From positions 8,126 through 72,125 of the forward strand of contig DATHTO010000090.1 of NCBI GenBank assembly GCA_035463115.1: a stretch of DNA of 64,000 bases, in the 5' to 3' direction. The DNA comes from Actinomycetota bacterium. Lineage in GTDB: Bacteria; Actinomycetota; UBA4738; HRBIN12. Both the position numbers and the translations under genes were made by a program. Positions 9,816-20,662 of the stretch are shown here, one piece after another; the first letter of the stretch is position 1; every line of letters starts with the position of its first letter. Under the pieces are notes generated by a model. That model saw nothing but the letters and a program-made list of their open reading frames with translations. It was not told where the DNA came from and did not search any database.

Positions 9816-9889
9816 TCGGGACGGCGGGATTTGAACCCGCGACCTCAGCGTCCCGAACGCTGCGCGCTACCAAGCTGCGCCACGTCCCG
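9816..9889 (-). tRNA. tRNA-Pro (anticodon CGG)
   Basis: Hand-folded cloverleaf on the minus strand. Acceptor CGGGACG/CGTCCCG, D-arm GCGCAGCTTGGTAGCGC, anticodon stem CAGCG/CGCTG with loop TTCGGGA, T-arm GCGGGTTCAAATCCCGC, discriminator A. CCA is not encoded. Confidence 0.9.
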
Positions 9890-9902
9890 AGGACCCGCCA
9901 GT

Positions 9903-10808
9903 CTAGCGACTCGGCGCCGCTCGTTCGGCGCGTTCCGCCGCGTCGGCCCCCGGCGTCAGTTCGAGCACCGTCGCCTCCGGGCGGCACAGGAACCGGAACG
10001 GAGCGAACTTCGACGTGCCGAGACCCGGCGAGGTATGCAGCGTCGCGGAGCCCATCTGGATCAGTCCGCTCACCAGCCGGCGGGGCATCGAGCTGTTCGT
10101 GACGAGCGCGCCGATCAGCGGCAGCCGGACCTGCCCGCCGTGGGTGTGGCCGGCGACGACGAGCTCGTACCCGAGCGCCGCCGCCTCGGGCGCCGAGTCG
10201 GGTGAATGCATCACCGCGATGCCGAAGCGTTCCGGGGCTCGGCGCGGAGCGGGTCGGTAGTCGTGCCAGCGGATGTGCGCGTCGTCGAGGCCGAGGAGCT
10301 CGATCGGCAGGCCGTCGAGCGCGCCCTCGCGTCGCGAGTTCGTGAGGTCCTCCCACCCGTCGGCGATCAGCAGGCGCACGAGATCGTGCGGGCGACCGAG
10401 CGCAGCGGAGCGCCGACGACGTCGTCCACGGAAGTACGCCGCGTAGTTCAACGGGCGCGGTGTGAAGTAGTCGTTCGATCCGAGGACGAACCACGACGCC
10501 AGACGGCCTCGCGTGGCGCGCACGGCCTCGACGGCCGTCTCCACGGCTTCGGGCTCGGCGAGGAAATCGCCCGTCACGACCGTCACGTCGGTTTCGGGGA
10601 GCGACGCCAGGAACCGCGCCTTGTCGGCGTCGTTCCGGACGAAGTGCAGATCCGACAGGTGCAGCAGCGTGATCGTCCGCCCACCCTCGGTCGGTAGGAT
10701 GGCGAGGCGGTAGCGTCGGAGGCGGAACCAGCGTCGCTCGACGAACACGCCGTAGAGCACACAGAGGAGCCCGCCGCCGACGACGACGGCGACGATCAGC
10801 GGAAGCAC
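9903..10808 (-). CDS. metallophosphoesterase (membrane-anchored, YaeI-like)
   Basis: 301 aa. N-terminal TM segment. LHLSDLH, VVTGDF and GHTHGGQ metallophosphatase motifs. Confidence 0.85.
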   Translation of the reverse strand: MLPLIVAVVVGGGLLCVLYGVFVERRWFRLRRYRLAILPTEGGRTITLLHLSDLHFVRNDADKARFLASLPETDVTVVTGDFLAEPEAVETAVEAVRATRGRLASWFVLGSNDYFTPRPLNYAAYFRGRRRRRSAALGRPHDLVRLLIADGWEDLTNSRREGALDGLPIELLGLDDAHIRWHDYRPAPRRAPERFGIAVMHSPDSAPEAAALGYELVVAGHTHGGQVRLPLIGALVTNSSMPRRLVSGLIQMGSATLHTSPGLGTSKFAPFRFLCRPEATVLELTPGADAAERAERAAPSR

Positions 10809-10822
10809 GCAAGGAGTCTACG

Positions 10823-11287
10823 GTGGCCGATCCCGACGGGAGCGCCCTCGCCGCCCGGATCCACGACGAGATGACGGCGTCGCTGAAGGCGGGCGACAAG
10901 GTGAAGCTGGGCGCGCTCCGCATGCTGTCGGCGGCCATCACGAACCGCGAGAAGGAGCTGGGTCACCGGCTGTCCGACGACGAGGTCCGCGAGGTCGCGG
11001 GCAAGGAAGTGAAGAAGCGCACGGAATCGATCGAGGCGTTCACGTCCGCGGGTCGCACGGAACTCGCGGAGAAGGAACGCAGCGAGCGTGAGGTCGTCGC
11101 CGTCTACGCGCCCGAGCAGCTCTCCGAGGCGGAGGTCGACGCGATCGTCGACGACGCGCTCGCGTCGACCGGCGCGACGTCGGCGAAGGAGATGGGCAAG
11201 GTGATGGGCGCGGTCATGGCGAAGGCGAAGGGCCGCGTCGACGGTTCCGTCGTCCAGGCGAAGGTGCGCGCGAAGCTCGGCGGGTGA
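10823..11287 (+). CDS. GatB/YqeY domain-containing protein
   Basis: 154 aa. MTASLKAGDKVKLGALRMLSAAI...KEMGKVMGAVMAKAKGRVDGSVV is typical YqeY. Confidence 0.85.
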   Translation: MADPDGSALAARIHDEMTASLKAGDKVKLGALRMLSAAITNREKELGHRLSDDEVREVAGKEVKKRTESIEAFTSAGRTELAEKERSEREVVAVYAPEQLSEAEVDAIVDDALASTGATSAKEMGKVMGAVMAKAKGRVDGSVVQAKVRAKLGG

Positions 11288-11302
11288 TCCGTCGGAACGG
11301 CG

Positions 11303-13816
11303 TCAGCCGTTCCCGTTCCCGCCGCCGTTCCCGTTCCCGCCGCCGTTCCCGCCGTTCCCGCCGTCAGCCGGCGGGATCGCGACGGTGATCGTGACGACCT
11401 CACCTTCGAGGATCTCTGCACCGCCTTGTGGCGACTGCGCGATCACGCGTCCGTGGTTGTTCTCGTTCGGACCAGGCTGCTCGACGACGGTCACGGCGAG
11501 GCCTGCGTCGGCCAGCGCCGCGCGCGCCACACCGGCGTTCATGCCGATCACGTTCGGCACCGTGACGACCGGCGCGACGCCGTTGCTGACCTCGAGCACC
11601 ACGGTGGAGCCGGGGATCGTCTGGCTGCCGCCGGCCGGTGTCTGCGCGACCACGATCCCTTCGGGCTGCGCGGAATCGACGATCTCGGCGTCGACCCGGA
11701 ACCGCGCCTGCTCGAGGGTGGCCCGCGCCTGCGGAAGCGTCATGCCGACGACGCTCGGCACGCCGGAACGGATCGGCGCCGGGAACGGGATCGCGCGGAG
11801 GTCCGACATCACCTGCTGCATGTACCGGACCCAGATCGGGGCCGCGATCGACCCACCGAACACGTCCTGACCGAAGTAGCGCTGGAGCTCGTACGGGTTG
11901 CCCGGCGATCCGACCCACACCGACGTCGAGAGCTGCCGCGTGAACCCGACGAACCAGACGTTCTTGTTGAGGTCCGACGTGCCGGTCTTGCCCGCCACCG
12001 GCCACGAGCCCCAGCTCCCGAACGCGCTTGCGGCCGTGCCGGACTCGACGACCGCGACGAGCATGTTCATGATCTCCTTCGCGTAGGCGGAGTTCAGGAC
12101 CGAGTAGCACTGCGGCTCGTGCTCGTAGATCACCTCGTTCGTCGCGGATCGAGTGATCGTCCGGACCGTGTAGGGCCGGCAGTGCCTCCCGCCGTTCGCG
12201 ATCGTCTGGTAGCCGGACGCCATCTCGAGCGGGGTCACCTCCTCGCTCCCCGTCGCGATCGAGCAGACGGCGTCGATGTCGCTCGTGATGCCCATGCGCT
12301 GCGCGACCTGCTTCGTGTGGTCGAGGCCGGCGTCGAGGATCAGCCTGGCGAACACGGCGTTGACGGAGTCCTCGGTCGCAGCTGCGAGCGTCATGTTGCC
12401 GCGGCTCGATCCTTCGGCGTTGATCACGTTCCACGGTCCCTCGGGGCCCATGCAGCGTTCGTCCGAGATGACGCCCTGCACGCCCGAATAGACGGCGTTC
12501 GGCGAGATCCCAGCCTCGAACGCCGATGCGAGCACGAACGGTTTGAAGGCCGACCCCGGCTGGTGCGGCATCGTGGCGACGTCCTTCTGGTCCTTCGGGA
12601 AGTTCTTGCCCGACAGCAGCGTCCGGATCGCGCCGTCGTCGTTCTGGATCGACACGATCGCGACGTCGGGCGCCGGCTTGTACGAGGGGTAGTACGGCGT
12701 GCGAGCCCAGGGCGCGTTCGCCGACGCCTCGGCCGCCTCTTGCCAGTCCGGCTCGAGGGTCGTGACGATCTCGAGACCGCCTTCGGAGAGCGCCCGCGAG
12801 CGCTCGGCCGCGGTGGCGCCGAGCTTGCGGTACCAGCCGTTCGGATCCGTGATGATCTGATCGCGCATGTAGGTGACGAAGAACGGCGGAACCTTCGGCT
12901 CGTACTTCTTCGGGTTCCGCAGGTTGATGTCGGTCGCCTTCGCCTTCTCGGCGCGCGCTTGCGAGAGCATCCCGATCGCGACCATCCGGTTGATCACGTC
13001 GTTGCGGCGTAGCCAGGCCTTCTTCGGGCGGTCGATCGGGTCGTAGTACTCGGGCGCGCGGATCATGCCGGCGAGCAGGGCCGCCTCGGCGAGGTTCAGT
13101 TCGGAGGCCGGCTTCTTGAAGTAGAACTCCGAGGCTGTGCCGATCCCGTAGACGCCGTTGCCCAGATAGACCTGGTTCAGGTACATCCCGAAGATCCGTT
13201 CCTTCGAGTACCGCTCCTCGACGCGCAGGGCGAGGGCCAGCTCCTGGAACTTCCGTTCGAGCGTCTGGTCGGTCGGATCGAGGCCGAGCGTGTTCTTGAC
13301 GAGCTGCTGCGTGATCGTCGAGCCTCCTTGGACGACCTCGCCGGCGCGGACGTTCTCGGCCATCGCTCGGATCAAGCCGTTCCAGTTGACGGCTCCGTGC
13401 TCGAAGAACGTGGCGTCCTCGATCGCGAGGACGGCGTCCTGCGCGACCGGCGCGATCTGCCCGAGGCCGACGATCTCGCGGTTGTCGAGGAAGATCCTTG
13501 CGAGCTCGGTCTTCTCGTCGCTCGCGTAGATCACGGAGCGCTGAGGGAACCGCGGGATCTTCGTGAAGTCGGCGCCCGCCTCCTCGAGCCGTCGATCGAG
13601 CTCGTGGACGCCGAGGGCGGCGGTCGCGAACGTCGGTGCGAGCAACAAGGCGCTGAGACCCGCCGAGGCGAGGATCACCGGCAGCAACAGGACGAGGGCG
13701 ATCGGCTTGAACGCGAACCGGTCGGTGAAAGGCTTCCGAGGCCGCGGCGGACGGGTCGCAGGCCGTGGGGCGTGCGGAGGGCGCGTCGAAGGAGGGATGC
13801 CGGGGTCGTCCGCCAT
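11303..13816 (-). CDS. class A penicillin-binding protein (transglycosylase/transpeptidase) with two C-terminal PASTA domains and a Gly/Asn tail
   Basis: Start chosen at ATG 13816 (GGAGAA 4-5 nt upstream), not 14200. GT51 motifs EDATFFEH and GGSTITQQLVKN. Transpeptidase SAFKP and KTGTS. Two PASTA-like repeats (VPSVVGMT..., VPNVIGMN...). Confidence 0.9.
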   Translation of the reverse strand: MADDPGIPPSTRPPHAPRPATRPPRPRKPFTDRFAFKPIALVLLLPVILASAGLSALLLAPTFATAALGVHELDRRLEEAGADFTKIPRFPQRSVIYASDEKTELARIFLDNREIVGLGQIAPVAQDAVLAIEDATFFEHGAVNWNGLIRAMAENVRAGEVVQGGSTITQQLVKNTLGLDPTDQTLERKFQELALALRVEERYSKERIFGMYLNQVYLGNGVYGIGTASEFYFKKPASELNLAEAALLAGMIRAPEYYDPIDRPKKAWLRRNDVINRMVAIGMLSQARAEKAKATDINLRNPKKYEPKVPPFFVTYMRDQIITDPNGWYRKLGATAAERSRALSEGGLEIVTTLEPDWQEAAEASANAPWARTPYYPSYKPAPDVAIVSIQNDDGAIRTLLSGKNFPKDQKDVATMPHQPGSAFKPFVLASAFEAGISPNAVYSGVQGVISDERCMGPEGPWNVINAEGSSRGNMTLAAATEDSVNAVFARLILDAGLDHTKQVAQRMGITSDIDAVCSIATGSEEVTPLEMASGYQTIANGGRHCRPYTVRTITRSATNEVIYEHEPQCYSVLNSAYAKEIMNMLVAVVESGTAASAFGSWGSWPVAGKTGTSDLNKNVWFVGFTRQLSTSVWVGSPGNPYELQRYFGQDVFGGSIAAPIWVRYMQQVMSDLRAIPFPAPIRSGVPSVVGMTLPQARATLEQARFRVDAEIVDSAQPEGIVVAQTPAGGSQTIPGSTVVLEVSNGVAPVVTVPNVIGMNAGVARAALADAGLAVTVVEQPGPNENNHGRVIAQSPQGGAEILEGEVVTITVAIPPADGGNGGNGGGNGNGGGNGNG
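11306..11365 (-). repeat. short tandem GTTCCC/GCC repeat encoding the GGNGGNGGGNGNGGGNGNG tail of the PBP
   Basis: Forward strand reads gttcccgttcccgccgccgttcccgttcccgccgccgttcccgccgttcccgcc. Low-complexity in-frame repeat. Confidence 0.8.
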
Positions 13817-13867
13817 GGGTTCTCCGGCAGGATACCCCCGGTCCCCCGGTAGCATGCCGTAGCGCCG

Positions 13868-15190
13868 ATGCGTCGCGTCGTCTCGTTCTCGCTGGTGGTC
13901 GCGGCCGTGTTCGTGGTGTTCGCGGGCACGGCGGCGGCGCAGTCCGCCCCGTCGGCGACCGTCGAGGTGATCAAGGTCGAAGGACCGCTCGACGCCCCGC
14001 TCGTGGGGTTCGTGCACGAGCGGCTCGACGCCGCGGCCGCCGACGGCACGATCGTCGTCCTCCAGCTGGACACCCCCGGCACGATGGGCGAGGGCGGCGT
14101 GGCCCTCGCCGACAAGATCGCCTCGATGCCCGTGCCCGTGATCGCGTGGGTCGGTCCGGTCCCGGCCGAGGCGAGCGGCGCCGGCCTCCTGTTGCTCCAT
14201 GCGTCATCGCTCGCGGCGGTGGCGCCCGGTTCGCAGACGGGGCCGCTGACGCCGATCGACCTGCTGGCGCCCGACGAGCGCCCCGCGGACCTCGAGGCCG
14301 AGATCGCCTCGTGGGTGGACGCGCGTGGTCACGGCACCGACCTCTCGTACCCGGACGAGCCGATGACGGCGCAGCAGGCGGTCGACGGCTACGGCATCGC
14401 GCGGTACTCGGCGAGCTCGGTGATCGAGCTGCTGCGGACGATCGACGGCGTCGAGGTCCCCACGTCGGAAGGGCCGGTCACGCTGCGGACGCGCGTCGCC
14501 GCGAACGACGCCGAAGCCGCGCAGAGCACCGTCGACCTGCGGTTCAACGAGCCGGGCCCGCTGAAACGGGTGCAACACGCGGTGGCGACGCCCTCGATGG
14601 TCTATTGGCTGCTCGTCGCGGCGCTGGCCGCTCTCGCGTTCGAGCTCACGCAGCCGGGGTTCGGCTTCGCGGGCTTCTCCGGGATCGTCCTCGGTGGCCT
14701 GGGGCTCTACGGCTTGGTCCAGGTGCCGCCGACGTGGCTCGGGTTCGCCGTGTTCCTGCTCGGAACGGCGCTCCTGGTGCTCGACGTGCGGCTGCGGCGG
14801 CTCGGCGTGCTGACCGCTGCCGGGCTCGTCCTCTTCGGCGTCGGCTCGTGGTGGTCGTGGTCGTACGTCGCGGAGCCGATCCGGATCTCACCGTGGTTGA
14901 TCGGTGGCGCCGTCGTCGCGGCGTTCCTCTATTACGGGTTCGGGTTGACCGTCGCGATCCAGTCCCACGACCGGATCGTGTCCACGCAGCGCGGTCTGAT
15001 CGGGCTCGTCGGCGAGGCGACCGGACGGCTCGCGCCGGACGGCCCCGTGGAGGTGAAGGGCGCGACCTGGCGAGGCCGTTCCACCGGCGATCCGATCGAT
15101 GCCGGGACCAAGGTCAGGGTCCGCGGCGTCGACGGCCTGGTCCTGCGCGTCGAGGCCGACGCGCCGGAACCCGACCCCGAGCGGGTGTGA
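13868..15190 (+). CDS. NfeD-family membrane protein (ClpP-class serine protease domain + C-terminal OB fold)
   Basis: 440 aa. Signal peptide, ClpP-like N-domain, 4-5 TM segments, C-terminal VEVKGATWRGRS...GTKVRVRGVDGLVLRVE NfeD domain. Confidence 0.8.
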   Translation: MRRVVSFSLVVAAVFVVFAGTAAAQSAPSATVEVIKVEGPLDAPLVGFVHERLDAAAADGTIVVLQLDTPGTMGEGGVALADKIASMPVPVIAWVGPVPAEASGAGLLLLHASSLAAVAPGSQTGPLTPIDLLAPDERPADLEAEIASWVDARGHGTDLSYPDEPMTAQQAVDGYGIARYSASSVIELLRTIDGVEVPTSEGPVTLRTRVAANDAEAAQSTVDLRFNEPGPLKRVQHAVATPSMVYWLLVAALAALAFELTQPGFGFAGFSGIVLGGLGLYGLVQVPPTWLGFAVFLLGTALLVLDVRLRRLGVLTAAGLVLFGVGSWWSWSYVAEPIRISPWLIGGAVVAAFLYYGFGLTVAIQSHDRIVSTQRGLIGLVGEATGRLAPDGPVEVKGATWRGRSTGDPIDAGTKVRVRGVDGLVLRVEADAPEPDPERV

Positions 15191-15305
15191 CGCCGGCGCC
15201 GGTGGCGTGGCGCGGCCGGTGAGGGCGAGGCGACGTTGCGGTTCGGTGACGTCCGGCGTGCCGTTCCAAACCTCCGGCCTCTCGTTTGCGAACAATCGGA
15301 TAGAC

Positions 15306-15581
15306 ATGGACGTCGCCGGACGCTCGTCGTGGTGGGAGGTCGCGGCCTGTCGGGGGCAGGACGCGTCGAGCTTCTTCGCGCCGGCGTACTTCGAGAAGCG
15401 AGCCGAGAAGCTGGCCCGTGAAGCCGTCGCGAAGTCGTTCTGTCGCAGGTGCGAGGTGCGCGAGGAGTGCCTGTCGTACGCGCTCGAGCACCGCGATCCC
15501 CACGGCGTCTGGGGCGGCCTGAACGAGATGGAACGTCGCGCGGTGCTCCGTCAGCGCGCGTCGGAGCGCCAAGCGAGCTGA
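15306..15581 (+). CDS. WhiB-family (Wbl) transcriptional regulator
   Basis: In-frame ATG 15306. 91 aa. Cys-X31-CxxCxxxxxC cluster ligands and GVWGG turn motif. Confidence 0.85.
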   Translation: MDVAGRSSWWEVAACRGQDASSFFAPAYFEKRAEKLAREAVAKSFCRRCEVREECLSYALEHRDPHGVWGGLNEMERRAVLRQRASERQAS

Positions 15582-15611
15582 TCGGGCCGCACCGCTCGCG
15601 CACGTGCGAGG

Positions 15612-16088
15612 ATGCGCGGCATGAACGACGCCGACGTGCTCCGACGCCTGTCCGACCTCGGGATCGACCTTCCGTCGCCGCCGCAGGCCCTCGCCGCCTA
15701 CGTGCCCGTCCGCAGGGTCGGCCAGCTCGCCTTCGTCGCGGGGCAGGTTCCGATGGCCGGCGGGGAGGTCCTGCACCCGGGACGCCTCGGCGACGACGTG
15801 ACGGTGGAGCAGGGGGCCGAGGCGGCGCGGCGGGCGGCCGTCCAGGCGCTGGCGGCGCTCCGCGGCGCCCTCGGAAGCTTCGATCCGATCGAGGCGCTCG
15901 CACAGGTGTCGGTGTTCGTGGCGGCGACGCCCGACTTCACGCAGCATCCGCAGGTGGCGAACGGCGCGAGCGAGCTGTTCGTCGAGGTGATGGGTGACGC
16001 CGGGCAGCACGCGCGGGCGGCGGTGGGCGTCCCGTCGCTCCCGCTCGGCGCGAGCGTCGAGGTCGCCGTGACGGCCGCGCTGGCGTAG
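15612..16088 (+). CDS. RidA/YjgF family protein
   Basis: 158 aa. Overall YjgF/RidA-like sequence (LAFVAGQVPM..., C-terminal VGVPSLPLGASVEVAV). Confidence 0.8.
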   Translation: MRGMNDADVLRRLSDLGIDLPSPPQALAAYVPVRRVGQLAFVAGQVPMAGGEVLHPGRLGDDVTVEQGAEAARRAAVQALAALRGALGSFDPIEALAQVSVFVAATPDFTQHPQVANGASELFVEVMGDAGQHARAAVGVPSLPLGASVEVAVTAALA

Positions 16089-16120
16089 CTCGGCGTCGGG
16101 ACCCGGCGGGCGCCGGCGCT

Positions 16121-17983
16121 TCAGCTCCTCGGGAACCGCAGATCGCCCTCGCGGCGCGTGACGCCCGTCCGGTCGAGGTGCTCCAGCAACGGAACGGCGT
16201 ACTTCCGGCTCGTGCCGAGCGTCTCGCGCACCGACGAGACGGTGACCCCCGTCTCGGCGTGCTGCCGGACGATCGACGCGGCCCGTTCGACGAGCGACGG
16301 GGCGACCACGATGTCTGGGGTGAGCCGGACGACGACGCCCCCCCGCGCGGCCGCGTCGATCACCTCGCGGGCGAACCCCCGCTCGACGAGGGTCTTGACG
16401 TCGGGGGGCAACGGCTCGTCGGCGCCCGTGAGCGCCGCGAGGAGGCGTTCGACGTCGGCGCCGTGCTCGCCCAGGTCCACGCGATGCCCCGATAGCCGCA
16501 CGGTGGTCGCCGAGCGAACCGCGTCGCCTCGCACGACGAGGTGGTCCAGCGAGGCGTCGGCGAGTCCAGGGTCGCGCGGCGCCCCGACGCGCGCGAGCGC
16601 GCCGAGCGCGGCGCGCCGTACGTCGTCGAGCGGGGCGCCCTCGTCGAGGGGGTGCTCCGCGTGGTGGGCCTCGAGCAACCGGAGGATCGCGTCCTTGACC
16701 GCCTCCGCGACCGCGGGCGCCACGAACCAGTCGCCGGCGATCTCGCCGCCCGGGGCCTCGGAACCCGTGATCGTCCGAGCTTCGGCACGCGTGATCGCCC
16801 CGCGCTCGGCGACGACGAGCGCCGGGAGCTCGTTCCGCGACGCCGACGCGCGCGCCGCGAGCCGGTCTCGGGGCGCCGGGCCGGCCCGTCGCGGTGGCGC
16901 GACGTCGAGCACGACCCCGCCTGCGACGGTCTCGCGGCGTCCGGCCTCCCGCACGACGAACCGATCGAACACGTCGAGCAGGAGCGGCCGGTCCAGCGTG
17001 ACCCTCGCGTACCCGGCGGCGCCGACGGGCATCGGGCCGCCGTACAGGCGCACGCGCGCGGGGGACTCCGACGCGCCGGCGTGGACCGAGAAGGCGCCTC
17101 GCCCCGTCAGCGGATGCGAGAGCCCGCGCACCGGCGCGATGCTCGCTTCGAACGTGGCGGTCGGGCGCCAGGTTCCGCGCTCCGCGAGCACGTCGCCGCG
17201 GTCGACGTCGCCCCGTTCGACACCGGCGAGGTTCGCGGCGACGCGCGCGACCGCGCACGCCGACGCCACGCCGCGCTCGTGCGACTGCAGCGCCCGGATC
17301 CGTGCCCTCCGGCCGCTGGGCTCGATCGCGACGTCCTGCCCGACCTCCAAGCATCCGCCCGTCAGCGTTCCCGTCACCACGGTGCCGGAGCCGCGGATCG
17401 TGAAGGCCCGGTCGACGAACAAGCGGGTCCGTGCGGTCGGAGGCACCGGGGCCGTCGCGAGCGCGGCGTCGAGCGCGGCCATGAGCTGCGTGAGACCGTC
17501 GCCCGTCTGCGACGAGACCGGCACGATCGCCGCGCGCTCCAGGGCCGTCCCGCCGACCTTCTCCCGCACCTCGTCCTCGGCGATCGCGAGCGTCTCGCCG
17601 TCGACGAGGTCGAGCTTCGTCAAGGCGATCACCCCCGCGGCGACGCCGAGGACGTCGACGATCTCGAGGTGCTCCTCGGACTGCGGCTTCCAGCCCTCGT
17701 CCGCCGCCACGACGAAGAGCACGACGGGAACCGGACCGACGCCGGCGAGCATCGTCCGCACGAACCGTTCGTGCCCCGGCACGTCGACGAAGGCGACCTC
17801 GCGACCGCTCGGAAGCGTCGTCCACGCGTAGCCGAGCTCGATCGTGAGGCCGCGGCGCGTCTCTTCCGCGAGGCGGTCGGGATCGATCCCGGTGAGCCGT
17901 CGGATCAACGACGACTTGCCGTGGTCGACGTGTCCGGCGGTCGCGATCACCCGGAGCGCCGCCGCGCCGGTCTCGCCGCTCAC
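16121..17983 (-). CDS. selB: selenocysteine-specific translation elongation factor SelB
   Basis: 620 aa. GTPase G1 AGHVDHGKSSL, DVPGHERF, NKxD-like TKLD. Long C-terminal winged-helix region. Starts 1 nt after the selA stop. Confidence 0.9.
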   Translation of the reverse strand: MSGETGAAALRVIATAGHVDHGKSSLIRRLTGIDPDRLAEETRRGLTIELGYAWTTLPSGREVAFVDVPGHERFVRTMLAGVGPVPVVLFVVAADEGWKPQSEEHLEIVDVLGVAAGVIALTKLDLVDGETLAIAEDEVREKVGGTALERAAIVPVSSQTGDGLTQLMAALDAALATAPVPPTARTRLFVDRAFTIRGSGTVVTGTLTGGCLEVGQDVAIEPSGRRARIRALQSHERGVASACAVARVAANLAGVERGDVDRGDVLAERGTWRPTATFEASIAPVRGLSHPLTGRGAFSVHAGASESPARVRLYGGPMPVGAAGYARVTLDRPLLLDVFDRFVVREAGRRETVAGGVVLDVAPPRRAGPAPRDRLAARASASRNELPALVVAERGAITRAEARTITGSEAPGGEIAGDWFVAPAVAEAVKDAILRLLEAHHAEHPLDEGAPLDDVRRAALGALARVGAPRDPGLADASLDHLVVRGDAVRSATTVRLSGHRVDLGEHGADVERLLAALTGADEPLPPDVKTLVERGFAREVIDAAARGGVVVRLTPDIVVAPSLVERAASIVRQHAETGVTVSSVRETLGTSRKYAVPLLEHLDRTGVTRREGDLRFPRS

Positions 17984-17984
17984 G

Positions 17985-19367
<1,383 letters not shown>

Positions 19368-19440
19368 GCGCCGAGCCTATCGCGGCGCTCCGGCGCGTCG
19401 GTTCGCCTCGCGAGGACCGCGTTGCGTGGCGCCCGGTAGG

Positions 19441-20646
19441 ATGGTGGCCGCGATGGTCGATACCCCCACGCGCCCCCAGTTCCGGTCCTCCGAGGTCATG
19501 AGCATGGTCCGCGGCGGCGGGCTCGACGTCGACGTCGTTCCGGCCGGTGAGTTCTCCACCGAGGAGATGATCCTCAACATCGGGCCGCAGCATCCCGCGA
19601 CGCACGGCGTCCTTCGGATCGTCCTGGAGCTGAGCGGCGAGCTGATCACCCGTGCCGAGCCGGTGATCGGGTACATGCACCGGGGGGCCGAGAAGCTCGC
19701 CGAGTTCCGCGACGCGCGGCAGACCCTGGTGCTGATGAACCGGCACGACTGGCTGTCGGCCTTCAACAACGAGCTCGGATGGACGATCGCCGCCGAGCGC
19801 CTGGCGGGCATCGAGGTTCCCGAGCGGGCGCAGTGGATCCGAACGATGCTCGCCGAATGGAACCGGATCTTGAACCACCTGATGTTCATGGGGTCGTACC
19901 CGCTCGAGCTCGGCGCCATGACGCCGATCTTCTACGCGTTCCGCGAGCGGGAGATGATCCAGGATCTGATGGAGGCCGCGACCGGCGCGCGCCTGCACCA
20001 TTCGTTCTGTCGGGTCGGCGGACTCAAGGACGACCTCCCACGCGGGTTCCTGAAGCGCAGCGTCGAGGTGCTGGAGCACACGCGCGCCGCGGTGAAGGAA
20101 TACGAGACCCTCATCATGGGCAACGAGATCGTGTTCAAGCGGTGCCGTGACATCGGGATCCTGCCGGCGGCGACGGCCCTGTCGTACGGATGCTCGGGAC
20201 CGACGCTGCAGGCGAGCGGCGTCCCGATGGACCCGCGCAAGGACGAGCCCTACGAGAAGTACGGCGAGGTCGAGTTCGAGGTGCCGGTCGGAACCCGAGG
20301 CGACAGTTACGACAGGCTCTGGGTCCTCGTGGAGCGGGTCAAGCAGAGCTGCAACATCATCGAGCAGTGCATCGACAAGCTGCCGCCGGGCCCGTACCGC
20401 GCCGAGAAGCTCCCGAAGACGCTGAAGCTCGAAGGCGAGACGTACGTCCGCACCGAGAACCCGCTCGGCGTCATGGGCTATTACGTCGTCGGCGACGGCA
20501 AGAAGGCGCCCTACCGGCTGAAGATGCGCACCGCGTCGTTCTCGAACGTCAGCGTCGTGCGCGCGATCCTGCCGGGGCAGCTCGTGCCCGACCTGATCTC
20601 GATCCTCGGCTCGATCTTCTTCGTCGTCGGCGACGTCGACCGCTGA
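19441..20646 (+). CDS. nuoD: NADH-quinone oxidoreductase subunit D homolog (stand-alone)
   Basis: In-frame ATG 19441 within ORF 18766..20646. 401 aa. NIGPQHPATHGVLR, YMHRGAEKL, C-terminal FFVVGDVDR. No other nuo genes flank it. Confidence 0.85.
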   Translation: MVAAMVDTPTRPQFRSSEVMSMVRGGGLDVDVVPAGEFSTEEMILNIGPQHPATHGVLRIVLELSGELITRAEPVIGYMHRGAEKLAEFRDARQTLVLMNRHDWLSAFNNELGWTIAAERLAGIEVPERAQWIRTMLAEWNRILNHLMFMGSYPLELGAMTPIFYAFREREMIQDLMEAATGARLHHSFCRVGGLKDDLPRGFLKRSVEVLEHTRAAVKEYETLIMGNEIVFKRCRDIGILPAATALSYGCSGPTLQASGVPMDPRKDEPYEKYGEVEFEVPVGTRGDSYDRLWVLVERVKQSCNIIEQCIDKLPPGPYRAEKLPKTLKLEGETYVRTENPLGVMGYYVVGDGKKAPYRLKMRTASFSNVSVVRAILPGQLVPDLISILGSIFFVVGDVDR

Positions 20647-20662
20647 GCCGCGCGACACCGGT

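Noticed and set aside
13817-14200. N-terminal 128-codon extension of the PBP ORF (MEQQEAGAARLG...)
   Set aside because: It overlaps the divergent NfeD gene, has shadow-ORF-like composition, and an internal ATG at 13816 has a good GGAGAA SD. The true start was taken there.
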